Below are positions 1-8,875 of a stretch of 64,000 nt of DNA, in pieces. The first letter of the stretch is position 1. Each line of letters opens with the position of its first letter. Origin of the DNA: a virus (lineage: Duplodnaviria; Caudoviricetes); the IMG/VR virus record IMGVR_UViG_3300042306_000967, positions 1 through 64,000 of that record; one strand, 5' to 3'. The notes below the pieces were generated by a model, which searched no databases, was not told where the DNA came from, and saw only the letters and a list, made by a program, of their open reading frames with translations. The translations under genes were made by a program, and so were the position numbers.

Positions 1-82
1 AGTTTTAAAGTTTTCTCTTTGAATCTAGCTTTTTCCAAACATTCATATGCTCAACTAGATTCAAAGAGAAAACTTTAAAACT
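1..82. repeat. Perfect 28-bp inverted repeat (1-28 / 55-82) at the window edge; probable fold-back assembly artefact
   Basis: 1-28 agttttaaagttttctctttgaatctag is the exact reverse complement of 55-82; the pairing breaks at 29/54. Confidence 0.9.
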
Positions 83-1558
83 GAAGGTACATGTTCTTTC
101 AACACTATCATATGTGTAGAATGGGAATGGGTTTCCTATAAATTTGTGAGTCTCCCACGATGGTGTAAACGTTTCGGTAAAATCAGTTACAGTACATCTA
201 AATTGAACCGTTTTATCCAATCCAATTGAATAAAATTTTAAAGCAATAAAATCAAAATCATCAAAAGACCTGTTTGTAGATGCATCGGTAACTTCAACAC
301 CATCGTAAATCGCGTCATCGGAAAGATTTAACACATCACCTTTTGTTGACATTCCTCTCCTGGTATCCCTAGCATTAGCAGTAAATGACTGTTTACTACT
401 ATTTCCGGCCGGCTCTTTATTTATAAAATTTAATAGGTCTTCATCCGCCTGTTTTTGACTTGTAGCTGGTGCAGATGCTGGTAATGTTACCTTTGGGTCT
501 GCTTTTAAGGCTTCTGCTACCCTTTGTAAAAAAATCGCTTTAAGTGTAGTTTGTTCACTTAACGGTCTAGTAATTTCATAATCCGCGGATTTACCATATG
601 GATTATAACTTGACCAAGGAGTATCTTCTTTTCCTAATGGCGTTTTACCAGGAACACCACCGGCAGCTTGTAATTTGTTTGCAGCAATTTTCTTTTTTGT
701 TACGGCATTTACTCCTAAATTTATTAATGACCTTACACCGGATTTTACAAGTCCTGATGCGATTCCCGCTACCGTAGATTGGATAACTCCTCCAGTTTGA
801 GATAATATGTTTTTATTTTCTTTTAAAAGATTTGCAAAAAATCCAGGAACTTTTGAAGAATTTGCTAATGTTATTATGGCCTTATCTCTATTATATTCTC
901 TATTAAAATCGTTTGCCTTATTACCACTACTAGCCTTTCCTCTTGTTTGCAATTCTTCTGCAACTTTTGAAGGGACCATCGGCATTGGTAAAATTGAGCC
1001 TAATAATCCACCGGCTGCATTTACCGCTAATTGTGTTCCTATTGCAGTTAAATCCGGTGCAGGTGGTCTTGCATCTTTTCCTTTTTTACCAGCAAATAAA
1101 TTATTAATATAATCATTTGCCATATTCCCCGCTGCATTTGCAATAGTATCAGTAATACCAGAAAGCCCGTTGTTTAAATTCGCTTTTTGTTTAATATAAC
1201 TTAAACTTGTTGTTCTTTTATTTAAAATTCTGAAAATATCTCCACCATAAATCAAAGGTCTTGCAGTGATTGCAAATTGCTGTAAACCTACCTGTTCTTG
1301 CTCTACAAATGATTCACCTTCCGTAACACTAAACTTTTTTCTTCTTTCGTTTATTTTACCGATAAAATCAAAACTCTTAATAACACCACCCAAAAGACTA
1401 GGATTTGTATTTTTATTAATCCCTCTTAATAAAAAATTTGAAGATTGTATAGGTAAATCTTTGCTGTTTCTAATAGCATATGCATCTTCCGCAGTTTTTC
1501 CTGCATTCGGTCCTTCGGTTATTACTTTATTTTTAAATAATTCTTCTAAAGTTGGCAT
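5..1558 (-). CDS. Putative baseplate / tail-tube-initiator-type protein; C-terminus probably artefactual or truncated
   Basis: 517-aa ORF directly after the tape measure. C-terminal FRCTVTDFTETFTPSW..FIGNPFPFYTYDSVERTCTFSFKV resembles tube-fold baseplate proteins. The last codons come from the fold-back repeat. Confidence 0.5.
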   Translation of the reverse strand: MPTLEELFKNKVITEGPNAGKTAEDAYAIRNSKDLPIQSSNFLLRGINKNTNPSLLGGVIKSFDFIGKINERRKKFSVTEGESFVEQEQVGLQQFAITARPLIYGGDIFRILNKRTTSLSYIKQKANLNNGLSGITDTIANAAGNMANDYINNLFAGKKGKDARPPAPDLTAIGTQLAVNAAGGLLGSILPMPMVPSKVAEELQTRGKASSGNKANDFNREYNRDKAIITLANSSKVPGFFANLLKENKNILSQTGGVIQSTVAGIASGLVKSGVRSLINLGVNAVTKKKIAANKLQAAGGVPGKTPLGKEDTPWSSYNPYGKSADYEITRPLSEQTTLKAIFLQRVAEALKADPKVTLPASAPATSQKQADEDLLNFINKEPAGNSSKQSFTANARDTRRGMSTKGDVLNLSDDAIYDGVEVTDASTNRSFDDFDFIALKFYSIGLDKTVQFRCTVTDFTETFTPSWETHKFIGNPFPFYTYDSVERTCTFSFKVFSLNLVEHMNVWKKLDSKRKL

Positions 1559-1578
1559 TATTTCTATTTATTTTTTTC

Positions 1579-3993
1579 TTATCGTTGTCCGTAACTAAAA
1601 TTGTTTCTCGTAGAATTTTCAGATACATTTGTTATACCTGATGTAATCTTTATACCATCCAAGAATGCACTTGCTTTAATTTTACCTGAACCCATATCTT
1701 CTCTTAACTTTTTCACTTCGTTTATTAAAATACTTACACCATTATTTGCATTCAATCCACCACCTTGCACCCCACTACCCATATTTGACATATTTGCCAT
1801 TCTTGATGCTTCATTTAATTTTGAAATCGCATTTGGAGCAGCTACTAAATCATCGTTTGGAGATATCTGTACTAAACCACCTTCTTTTGTTGATATTTGA
1901 GTTCTACCATTTGCAGGAGATAATACATCCCCAGCATCTTTAACACTTGCACTACCCATATATGCCATCAAAGAAGCTATACCAGCGCCCGCTGCTATCA
2001 ATCCTAATGGCCCTAATTTCGCATTACCGGCAAAAATGGATGCAATTGCTTCTTTCATTTTTAACAATGCTGTTTTTTTACTTAAAATATACATTGTTGT
2101 CAATCCACCAATAAGTGCAGGGAATAGACCTGGTATTGAATTTAATGCCCCAAATATCCCACCAAATACATTTCCTAAAGTAGTTACTATCGGTGCTAAT
2201 GCTTCCATTAATGGTAACAATCCTTCACCAACAGCCGCAACAATACCTTTAAATGAATTTTCCATTTGGGTTATCTTATCTGCGATTTCTTCTTGTTTTG
2301 CTAATTCTTTTGTTTTTGCGTTTAATTGGTCTTCACTCATATTAGTAATATCCAATCCAGCATCCATAGCTTTAGAAACTCTTTTTTGTTCTTCTTCGCT
2401 AAGATGTCCAAGCTTTTCTTGCATAAGAATTTGCTTAGTCAAGTCCTCAACCGTTTTACCAGTAGCATCTGCTAACGCCTTTTTAGTAAACATATCCTGG
2501 TCAGCAAACTTACCATTTCTCTCAACTTGTCTTAATAATTCTTTTTGTGCATCAACGTGTCTTCCGGCATATGCTAAAGCTCTGGCTTGTGATAAATTAA
2601 ATTGTCCACCAACAAAAGTTGCTGCAACTAATTCCTTTTCAATACCAGTTTCAAAATCTAATAAACTTTCGGTTGTTTTTAATACATCCTTTAATGTAGT
2701 ACCCAATCTTCTAGCTTCAATAGCTTGTTTAGCAATAAGATTTACATCACCTTTAAAATATGTATATGTATCTGCTGCCGAGTCTGCTATATCTTTAAAC
2801 ACTTGCGATGGAGCAACACCAGCTAACTTAGCCATATCAGCTACTTGCTGCGAAACTCCTTGTGCAGTTTCGGCAGATAGGCCCGCCATACTTTGAAAAA
2901 TCATATTAACGGCCGCCGCATCTTTTTGTGCAACTCCAAAGTTTTTGTTTAATACAGATACATTGGCCGCTACCGCTTTTGATACTGGAACACTATCACC
3001 AAATTCGCTTTTAAATGCCGCAATACTATCATATGCAACTCCAGCATCCACACCCAATTTAGCAAAATCAACTCCAATACTATGTGCATCTTTTTGAATT
3101 TGCTTTGTTTGAGAATTTGTTAAACCAGTTTCTTCTCTAAACTTCTTACTTGCTTCTTGTATTTCAGTAAACGATGATAATGCGGCTGCAAATAATGCAC
3201 CCATTATTACAATTGGACCTAATCCCGCTGCAATCCCTTTTATCATATCCTTTACAACGGTTAAAGCCGATTGTAAACCTTCTGGTAATTGCTCTACTAA
3301 TCCATCCTGTTGCTTTTGTAATTCAACTAATCGTTCCTGTTGTTTTAATAAATTTTCGTTTGATTGGAATATTTGTTCTGATAACTTTCTATCTTCCTCA
3401 TTCATTCCCAAAATAGATGCTTGGAATTCTTGTCTTCTTCTTTGTGCATCAGTTATACCAAACACATTTTCTCTTTCGGTTGCTAACCCTTCAGCTGCAT
3501 CTACCTGTGTACTTCTTATACCTTCTAATGCTTTTCTTCTTTCCTGCAGCGATTCTAACTCGTCTCCAGATGCATTTATTTCCTGCTTTTTAAGACTTAA
3601 TATTCTAGCCGTTATTGCTGCAAATTGATTACCACCATTATTCGAATCGGTTAAAAGCTCTTTTACTTTTGGTGTCATTTTTGCGAATGATGCTGCAAAA
3701 TCATTTGAGGTTTCCCAAAAATCTTCTTGCTTTTCTGCCGCATCTGCCCAAAACTTTACATAATCACTTGCTTTATCCTCAACCTCTTTTAAACTCTTTA
3801 ATTGTTCGTCTAAATTTTTGCCATGAGTTTTATCTTCTTCATTTCTTTTTTTGAGACGCTTGATTTCTTCATGACCAGCAACAGCCATTCTTTTATTTCG
3901 CTCTTCTATTCGCTGTTCAATTTGCTCTCGCTCTTTGAGTAATTGATTTTGTCTTTCTAGCTCTTGAGCGGATAAACTTCTTACATCTGCCAT
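1579..3993 (-). CDS. Tail tape measure protein
   Basis: 804 aa, helical/coiled-coil, Ala/Gly/Gln/Lys-rich with hydrophobic segments; located after sheath, tube and chaperone genes. Confidence 0.85.
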   Translation of the reverse strand: MADVRSLSAQELERQNQLLKEREQIEQRIEERNKRMAVAGHEEIKRLKKRNEEDKTHGKNLDEQLKSLKEVEDKASDYVKFWADAAEKQEDFWETSNDFAASFAKMTPKVKELLTDSNNGGNQFAAITARILSLKKQEINASGDELESLQERRKALEGIRSTQVDAAEGLATERENVFGITDAQRRRQEFQASILGMNEEDRKLSEQIFQSNENLLKQQERLVELQKQQDGLVEQLPEGLQSALTVVKDMIKGIAAGLGPIVIMGALFAAALSSFTEIQEASKKFREETGLTNSQTKQIQKDAHSIGVDFAKLGVDAGVAYDSIAAFKSEFGDSVPVSKAVAANVSVLNKNFGVAQKDAAAVNMIFQSMAGLSAETAQGVSQQVADMAKLAGVAPSQVFKDIADSAADTYTYFKGDVNLIAKQAIEARRLGTTLKDVLKTTESLLDFETGIEKELVAATFVGGQFNLSQARALAYAGRHVDAQKELLRQVERNGKFADQDMFTKKALADATGKTVEDLTKQILMQEKLGHLSEEEQKRVSKAMDAGLDITNMSEDQLNAKTKELAKQEEIADKITQMENSFKGIVAAVGEGLLPLMEALAPIVTTLGNVFGGIFGALNSIPGLFPALIGGLTTMYILSKKTALLKMKEAIASIFAGNAKLGPLGLIAAGAGIASLMAYMGSASVKDAGDVLSPANGRTQISTKEGGLVQISPNDDLVAAPNAISKLNEASRMANMSNMGSGVQGGGLNANNGVSILINEVKKLREDMGSGKIKASAFLDGIKITSGITNVSENSTRNNFSYGQR

Positions 3994-4004
3994 TTACAAA
4001 AATT

Positions 4005-4238
4005 TTATTTTACGAATCCATGTTTTTGCAAATACTGATAAATATCCGGCTCATCTTTCTTCACTTTATCCAAATAATCAGCGGCTTTATCGTGTATCTT
4101 TCTTAAATCAGATTGTAACTTTTGTAACACCGGGTCATTGTTTACAATGGTTTGAAGTTTTTCAGGTGTTTTGTTACTACGAAACAATCCCCAAAATTCA
4201 GATAAGTTGTTTTCTGATATTTTATATTTTTTTGCCAT
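4005..4238 (-). CDS. Hypothetical protein
   Basis: 77-aa ORF in the operon, with the recurring upstream motif at 4266-4273. Confidence 0.7.
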   Translation of the reverse strand: MAKKYKISENNLSEFWGLFRSNKTPEKLQTIVNNDPVLQKLQSDLRKIHDKAADYLDKVKKDEPDIYQYLQKHGFVK

Positions 4239-4265
4239 TTTACGTTTATTTACACTTATTCAAAC

Positions 4266-4273
4266 TATAAATA
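4266..4273 (-). promoter_or_regulatory. Putative late-promoter motif TATTTATA (coding strand)
   Basis: Recurring intergenic motif, about 28 nt upstream of the 4238 start. Confidence 0.55.
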
Positions 4274-4279
4274 TCTATT

Positions 4280-4318
4280 AAAAGAAAAAGTTAGGACTAT
4301 CTCTTAATCCTAACTTTT
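4280..4318 (-). terminator. Probable intrinsic terminator overlapping the stop codon of the chaperone frameshift ORF
   Basis: 11-bp stem aaaagttagga (4286-4296) / tcctaactttt (4308-4318), followed by TCTTTT on the minus strand. Confidence 0.55.
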
Positions 4319-4518
4319 GAAGATGTATTACCTTTTTGTGCTTGTTTAACATCTTCCGCTTCTTTCTTTTTAGATTCTACTAATTTATCATAATAAAACA
4401 TTCTTAAATATGTTGGCATTTTGTATAGCTCCATGATTGTAAACCCGTTACTATACTCAACCATTTCAAATATTTGAGTATGTAGATGAACACTATGATT
4501 CCTCGGAAGGCCAAAAAA
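4297..4518 (-). CDS. Frameshift extension ('T' part) of the tail assembly chaperone; not in the ORF track
   Basis: Open frame FFGLPRNHSVHLHTQIFEMVEYSNGFTIMELYKMPTYLRMFYYDKLVESKKKEAEDVKQAQKGNTSSKVRIKR* starts at the T7 run (4513-4519) and overlaps the end of the 254-aa gene in the +1 frame; first ATG at 4464 would give only 55 aa. Confidence 0.75.
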   Translation of the reverse strand, partial: FFGLPRNHSVHLHTQIFEMVEYSNGFTIMELYKMPTYLRMFYYDKLVESKKKEAEDVKQAQKGNTSSKVRIKR

Positions 4519-5257
4519 ACCCTACTCCAATTGGAATAGGCGCCTCCTCCACCTCACCATCTTCATGTGTATATTTAAATACCATATTCATATCTGGTGA
4601 AACTTTCTTAACATAATCTCTGAATGCTTTACTATCTCTAGCCAAAAATTCATTATTGATAAATTTATTAATTCTACCAATATCCGTATTACCATCAACC
4701 GATTTAATCATATATCTCAATCGTGTTGTAATTTCAAATGAAGTATCCTTATTTATTTTTTCTAATGCTTGGATATCTTTATCAATTGCTCTTTCATCAC
4801 CATGTGTAAGTAATTTAAATGTTAATTTATTTTTACCAATAGGTGTTTCAAATTGAAATTCATTGATATTTTGAATATCTGATACATCAATATCCTTTGT
4901 TCTGATTTCAGATAAATCTACAGTTGCTTCAATCGTTTTACCGAGTTTGTTAGAATAAAACGATATTTTGTAATTTGGTCCATATCCCAAAAGTCTTGTT
5001 GCAAGAACAATTGCGTTTTTATCACCGATTAAAATATCATCAATATTAACATCATCTACTATAATTGATTCAAAAAGTTTGTCTAAAACAATACCTTTTT
5101 TAATTAAATTTGCAGATGAAAGAATATCCTCTTCCTTTGCTGTCATATACTTTATTGTAATATTACCAGAGGATAATGGATTGTTTTTTGGGTAAAGTTT
5201 TCCTTTTGATGGAAGCTCAAGTACCTGTGTTGGAAAATCAAATTGCTTTTCACTCAT
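4493..5257 (-). CDS. Tail assembly chaperone / T4 gp26-like baseplate hub assembly protein
   Basis: LELPSKG.LYP...G.I.IKYMTAKEEDIL motif and GFFWP end; lies between tail tube and tape measure. Confidence 0.75.
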   Translation of the reverse strand: MSEKQFDFPTQVLELPSKGKLYPKNNPLSSGNITIKYMTAKEEDILSSANLIKKGIVLDKLFESIIVDDVNIDDILIGDKNAIVLATRLLGYGPNYKISFYSNKLGKTIEATVDLSEIRTKDIDVSDIQNINEFQFETPIGKNKLTFKLLTHGDERAIDKDIQALEKINKDTSFEITTRLRYMIKSVDGNTDIGRINKFINNEFLARDSKAFRDYVKKVSPDMNMVFKYTHEDGEVEEAPIPIGVGFFWPSEES

Positions 5258-5284
5258 AACTTTGTGTTTTATTTTGTTTGTATA

Positions 5285-5292
5285 TATAAATA
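5285..5292 (-). promoter_or_regulatory. Putative late-promoter motif TATTTATA
   Basis: Recurring motif, about 27 nt upstream of the 5257 start. Confidence 0.55.
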
Positions 5293-5315
5293 CATAAATT
5301 TAAAAAATTTGAAAT

Positions 5316-5346
5316 AAAAAAAGGGATACCTTTTGAGTATCCCTTT
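5316..5346 (-). terminator. Intrinsic terminator after the tail tube gene
   Basis: Minus strand AAAGGGATAC-7 nt loop-GTATCCCTTT followed by a T run. Confidence 0.85.
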
Positions 5347-5365
5347 ATTATATCTAAATCGATTA

Positions 5366-5869
5366 TTAGTATTCTAATATAGCGTAATCGTATGTAAGAG
5401 TTAATTCTATCGTTGCAGGTTCGTTTTCGCTTGAGAAATCAAGTTCACCAAATGCCGCTCTTGAAATGAATGCACCCATAATAGTCCATTTTTCAATCTT
5501 ATCACCAACAGGTCCTAACATATAGAAGTTAAGATTTTTCTTATAGAATTCAGCGTATCCATCTCTACCGGTAATAGATTCATGTGATAAACGTACCCAC
5601 TCCATTACATATTGTGCCGCTGATGGTACAATTGGGTCATAAAGTGTGATAGTTAAATCTTGCCACTCACCTTTACCTTTAAGTTTTCTATAAACGTTAA
5701 TGTGGTCAATCTTTACAGTTTGAAACTGAATTTCTGGTCTATTTGCCGCCTTTACCATATATGCTGGAATGCCAGTATCTGCCATTTCCATATAGTAACG
5801 ATTCTTCATCTTTGGCTCAAACTGAGCGAAAGTCATTTTATCATACGATAATATTAAATCATCTGCCAT
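5366..5869 (-). CDS. gp19: Tail tube protein (T4 gp19-like)
   Basis: FEPKMKNRY..., KGKGEWQDLTITLYDPI, YKKNL..LGPVGD.IEKW..GAF....FGELD, LTLTYDYA; immediately follows the sheath gene. Confidence 0.9.
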   Translation of the reverse strand: MADDLILSYDKMTFAQFEPKMKNRYYMEMADTGIPAYMVKAANRPEIQFQTVKIDHINVYRKLKGKGEWQDLTITLYDPIVPSAAQYVMEWVRLSHESITGRDGYAEFYKKNLNFYMLGPVGDKIEKWTIMGAFISRAAFGELDFSSENEPATIELTLTYDYAILEY

Positions 5870-5893
5870 TTTTCTTTCCTTTTAATTTATATT

Positions 5894-5901
5894 AATAAAT
5901 A
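5894..5901 (-). promoter_or_regulatory. Putative late-promoter variant TATTTATT
   Basis: One mismatch from the recurring motif, about 24 nt upstream of the tube start. Confidence 0.45.
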
Positions 5902-5923
5902 TTCAATTTACTGCTTTCCAATA

Positions 5924-8260
5924 TTATGCTGAGAAACTTGCTCCAGTTGGTAAGATGTTGAAATCAATTACGATGAATTCCGCGGTCTTAGTTGGTTGAA
6001 GGAAGATAGCTCCTGCTAATATGTTTCTATCAATTACATCCGGTGTGTTATTTGTATCATCCATTACAACGTTGAAAGCGTATAAGCCTTGTCTTTGTTG
6101 AATTGATTCCAAATAAGGAGTTACAGTATTGATAAATCTGCTTCTCGTTTCAGAAGTATTTTGTTCAAATACTAAATATCTAGATGTAGATGCAATAAAT
6201 TTCTTCACAGCAATCAATAATCTTCTTACGTTGATTCTATCTAATGCCGATGCTTTATCTTGCAATGTTTTTTGTCCGAATGCTACAATACCTTGTCCAG
6301 GGAATGAAGCGATTGGGTTTACTTTGTTCTCATATAGAGTATCTCTTTCAGCGTGTGTAAGTCTATTCAATACACTCACAGCACCGATAATACCACCTCT
6401 ATTTAAACCAGCAGGTGCAAACCATTCTGCAGATAATCTATCACTACTTGCAAATACTGCAGGTAATAATACTGATGGTGGAACAGTTGTCATTTTATTG
6501 GTATTAACATCAATTGTTTTTAACCAAGGATAGTAACAAGCTGCGTAGTTTGAATCAACTGCGTTTGCTTGTTCAGTTGCGGTTGTTATTGATGAATCAT
6601 AATCAGTAAAATCAGCAATATAGAAACAATCTTGTCTGTCTTCACACATATCAATTATTCTTTGTGTGATTGCAGGATGTAATTCTCTATTGATACCAGG
6701 TGCCGCAACTAAATTAATATCATATTCATCAGGATTAGATAAAGCGTTGATTGCTTTAGTATATCCGATTGAACCAGATGTAGTTGATGCTCCACAATTG
6801 AAGCCTTGGTTATTAGATGCACCCCATATATCATTACCATTTAGGTCTTTATCACCAGCTTTAGCGATAGGAATTGTTGGATTAACACCATCAAATCCAC
6901 CCTGGAATGCTACTAAAAATTGTCTTTTAACCATATCAACAGCTGCTGAACCGGTCATCTTATAAGTCAATTGCGAATCAAATGCAAACAATGTATTTGC
7001 ACCATTTGTTGCATTTTTAGGAATTGGTTTTAAATATTGAGTGTTATCAATAACAACACCAGTTGTTTCATAATCAAATCCAGAGAAATAAACTGGAGAT
7101 GATGATGTGTTATTAGCAGAACCAGTCTGATATGTAACTGCAGGTATTAAACTATCACTTGCAGTAGTTACGATTGGTAATTCATATGCTCCATGTCCAA
7201 ATGGTGCTGCTGAAATAGGGAATGAACCTTCTTTAGCAACTTCAACTCTTATATGAAGTGATTTGTTTGTGTAATCACCAAATTCAGTAATTTTACCATT
7301 TGCATCAGTTTCAAAATATCTGTCACCGATTACTCTAGCAATATATCTAGGAGATGATGGGTCTAAATTTACATTATTCCATGTTTCACTTACACTCTTT
7401 CTCTTATCAGTATCGCCATATGTTCTAAGCGTTACAGAGAATACAGCATAATCAGTTGAACCATCTTCACCAGCTGCTCTTACATTTGAAATACCAATTT
7501 TGTATTTCTTATTATAAACATTACCATGTCCAATTGTATGGAAACGGAAAAGGTCATATCTTATATCGTTATTATCTTTTTGTGATACAATCCAAGGAGT
7601 AGATGCTACAGTTGCATCGTTAGTAAAATCTTGTGTTGGTAATTGTACTACACTAATTACAACACCTTGTGCACCACCACCATCGGTATCATATTCACTT
7701 GCTACATTTTCAAAATAAGTGTATGAATATGCATGTTTAGAACCAAATGCAGATTCACCAAATACATCTCTAATATCATTTTGAGATGATGGTAATACAG
7801 ATGCAGAAACCAAACCAATACCAGAGCCAGATAGTAAGAAAGAACCAGAAAACGCCGCTCTACCATCATTTGTTAGAACTGAACTTGGGAAACCCACAGT
7901 CTCATCTCCAACTCTTGTTGAATGTAGAGTTGCAACGATTTTTTCTCCAAATGAACCAGATGCTTTAATTGCAATTGGTGATGTTTGGAAATAACCACCG
8001 ATTCCACCAACTCTTACAATTGTTGCTGAACCCGCTTCTCTTAAATAATTTTGTACTGCGTATTCAGTATAATAGGTCCCATCAGGTGTTCCAAAAATAG
8101 TTTCAAACTCTGATTGAGTTCTTACTACAGTTGGTACATATACAGGTCCTTGTTTGAAAGGTCCTATAAATGCGCCACCAATTTCACCTACTCCCTGTGC
8201 TAAGAAGGACAGGTCATTTTCTCTTGTGAATACACCAGGTGATACAATTCTTTCTGCCAT
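5924..8260 (-). CDS. gp18: Contractile tail sheath protein (T4 gp18-like)
   Basis: N-terminal SPGVFTRENDLS; C-terminal YYPW, WFAPAGLNRG, LYENKVNPI, GQKTLQ..SALDRINVRRLL, PTKTAEFI. Confidence 0.95.
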   Translation of the reverse strand: MAERIVSPGVFTRENDLSFLAQGVGEIGGAFIGPFKQGPVYVPTVVRTQSEFETIFGTPDGTYYTEYAVQNYLREAGSATIVRVGGIGGYFQTSPIAIKASGSFGEKIVATLHSTRVGDETVGFPSSVLTNDGRAAFSGSFLLSGSGIGLVSASVLPSSQNDIRDVFGESAFGSKHAYSYTYFENVASEYDTDGGGAQGVVISVVQLPTQDFTNDATVASTPWIVSQKDNNDIRYDLFRFHTIGHGNVYNKKYKIGISNVRAAGEDGSTDYAVFSVTLRTYGDTDKRKSVSETWNNVNLDPSSPRYIARVIGDRYFETDANGKITEFGDYTNKSLHIRVEVAKEGSFPISAAPFGHGAYELPIVTTASDSLIPAVTYQTGSANNTSSSPVYFSGFDYETTGVVIDNTQYLKPIPKNATNGANTLFAFDSQLTYKMTGSAAVDMVKRQFLVAFQGGFDGVNPTIPIAKAGDKDLNGNDIWGASNNQGFNCGASTTSGSIGYTKAINALSNPDEYDINLVAAPGINRELHPAITQRIIDMCEDRQDCFYIADFTDYDSSITTATEQANAVDSNYAACYYPWLKTIDVNTNKMTTVPPSVLLPAVFASSDRLSAEWFAPAGLNRGGIIGAVSVLNRLTHAERDTLYENKVNPIASFPGQGIVAFGQKTLQDKASALDRINVRRLLIAVKKFIASTSRYLVFEQNTSETRSRFINTVTPYLESIQQRQGLYAFNVVMDDTNNTPDVIDRNILAGAIFLQPTKTAEFIVIDFNILPTGASFSA

Positions 8261-8318
8261 TTTATTTCTCCGATTTGATTTTGATTGTTGGTATTATTTT
8301 TTTGTATAACAATACACA

Positions 8319-8326
8319 TATAAATA
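8319..8326 (-). promoter_or_regulatory. Putative late-promoter motif TATTTATA
   Basis: Upstream of the sheath gene, just downstream of a terminator hairpin. Confidence 0.55.
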
Positions 8327-8330
8327 TAAT

Positions 8331-8376
8331 GAAAATACCCAAAACACAATTTTATTAGTTAAAGTGTTTTGGGTAT
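8331..8376 (-). terminator. Probable terminator hairpin
   Basis: 13-bp stem atacccaaaacac (8335-8347) / gtgttttgggtat (8364-8376). Confidence 0.65.
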
Positions 8377-8395
8377 ATACTATTTTTAAATTAAT

Positions 8396-8824
8396 CTATT
8401 GAGCTGCTTGAGCTGCGTATAATGCTTGGCCAGATAATGGGTCTGGTGTTACTGAACCAGATAATGAACCTGAATACCAAGGTAATTCGGTTTCTCCAAC
8501 AACTTGTACAACATTTCGTTGACCGTCTATATCTTTTTGGATTCTACCAATTATATGGTCCCAATAATTTGTTGCTGCATTTGAACCACTAACGTGATTT
8601 TTTATCCATCCTAATACTTGCTCTTCTGTCAATTCATTATATGCCGTAAAAGTACTTACATTAACGTCCGCTGCTTTAAATGGAGTTGCTCCAGTGAATT
8701 TTGCACTATATCCATCATCATCGGTAACTACTACTTCCCAGTTAGTTCCAATAATAACGCCTTCAAGACCTTCGTGATTTTGTTTTCTTAGGCCCTTTAA
8801 TGACCAACTTTGTGTATATCCCAT
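8396..8824 (-). CDS. Conserved phage protein of the type found next to tail fibre genes
   Basis: 142 aa with F..Y.ELTEEQVLGWIK and a terminal LPW motif; follows the S74-ending fibre. Confidence 0.6.
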   Translation of the reverse strand: MGYTQSWSLKGLRKQNHEGLEGVIIGTNWEVVVTDDDGYSAKFTGATPFKAADVNVSTFTAYNELTEEQVLGWIKNHVSGSNAATNYWDHIIGRIQKDIDGQRNVVQVVGETELPWYSGSLSGSVTPDPLSGQALYAAQAAQ

Positions 8825-8840
8825 AGCTTACTATTTTATC

Positions 8841-8848
8841 TATAAATA
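8841..8848 (-). promoter_or_regulatory. Putative late-promoter motif TATTTATA
   Basis: About 16 nt upstream of the 8824 start. Confidence 0.5.
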
Positions 8849-8875
8849 TATGTGTTTTTAAAAAAAGTAACCAAT

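Noticed and set aside
807-3854. Antisense + strand ORFs over the baseplate and tape measure genes (e.g. 286 aa at 2036-2896)
   Set aside because: They fully overlap well-supported minus-strand genes and have no recognisable motifs; typical antisense shadows.
5366-8260. Bacterial contractile injection system or tailocin rather than a phage
   Set aside because: The same strand carries a gp23-like capsid, scaffold and neck genes, indicating a complete myovirus.
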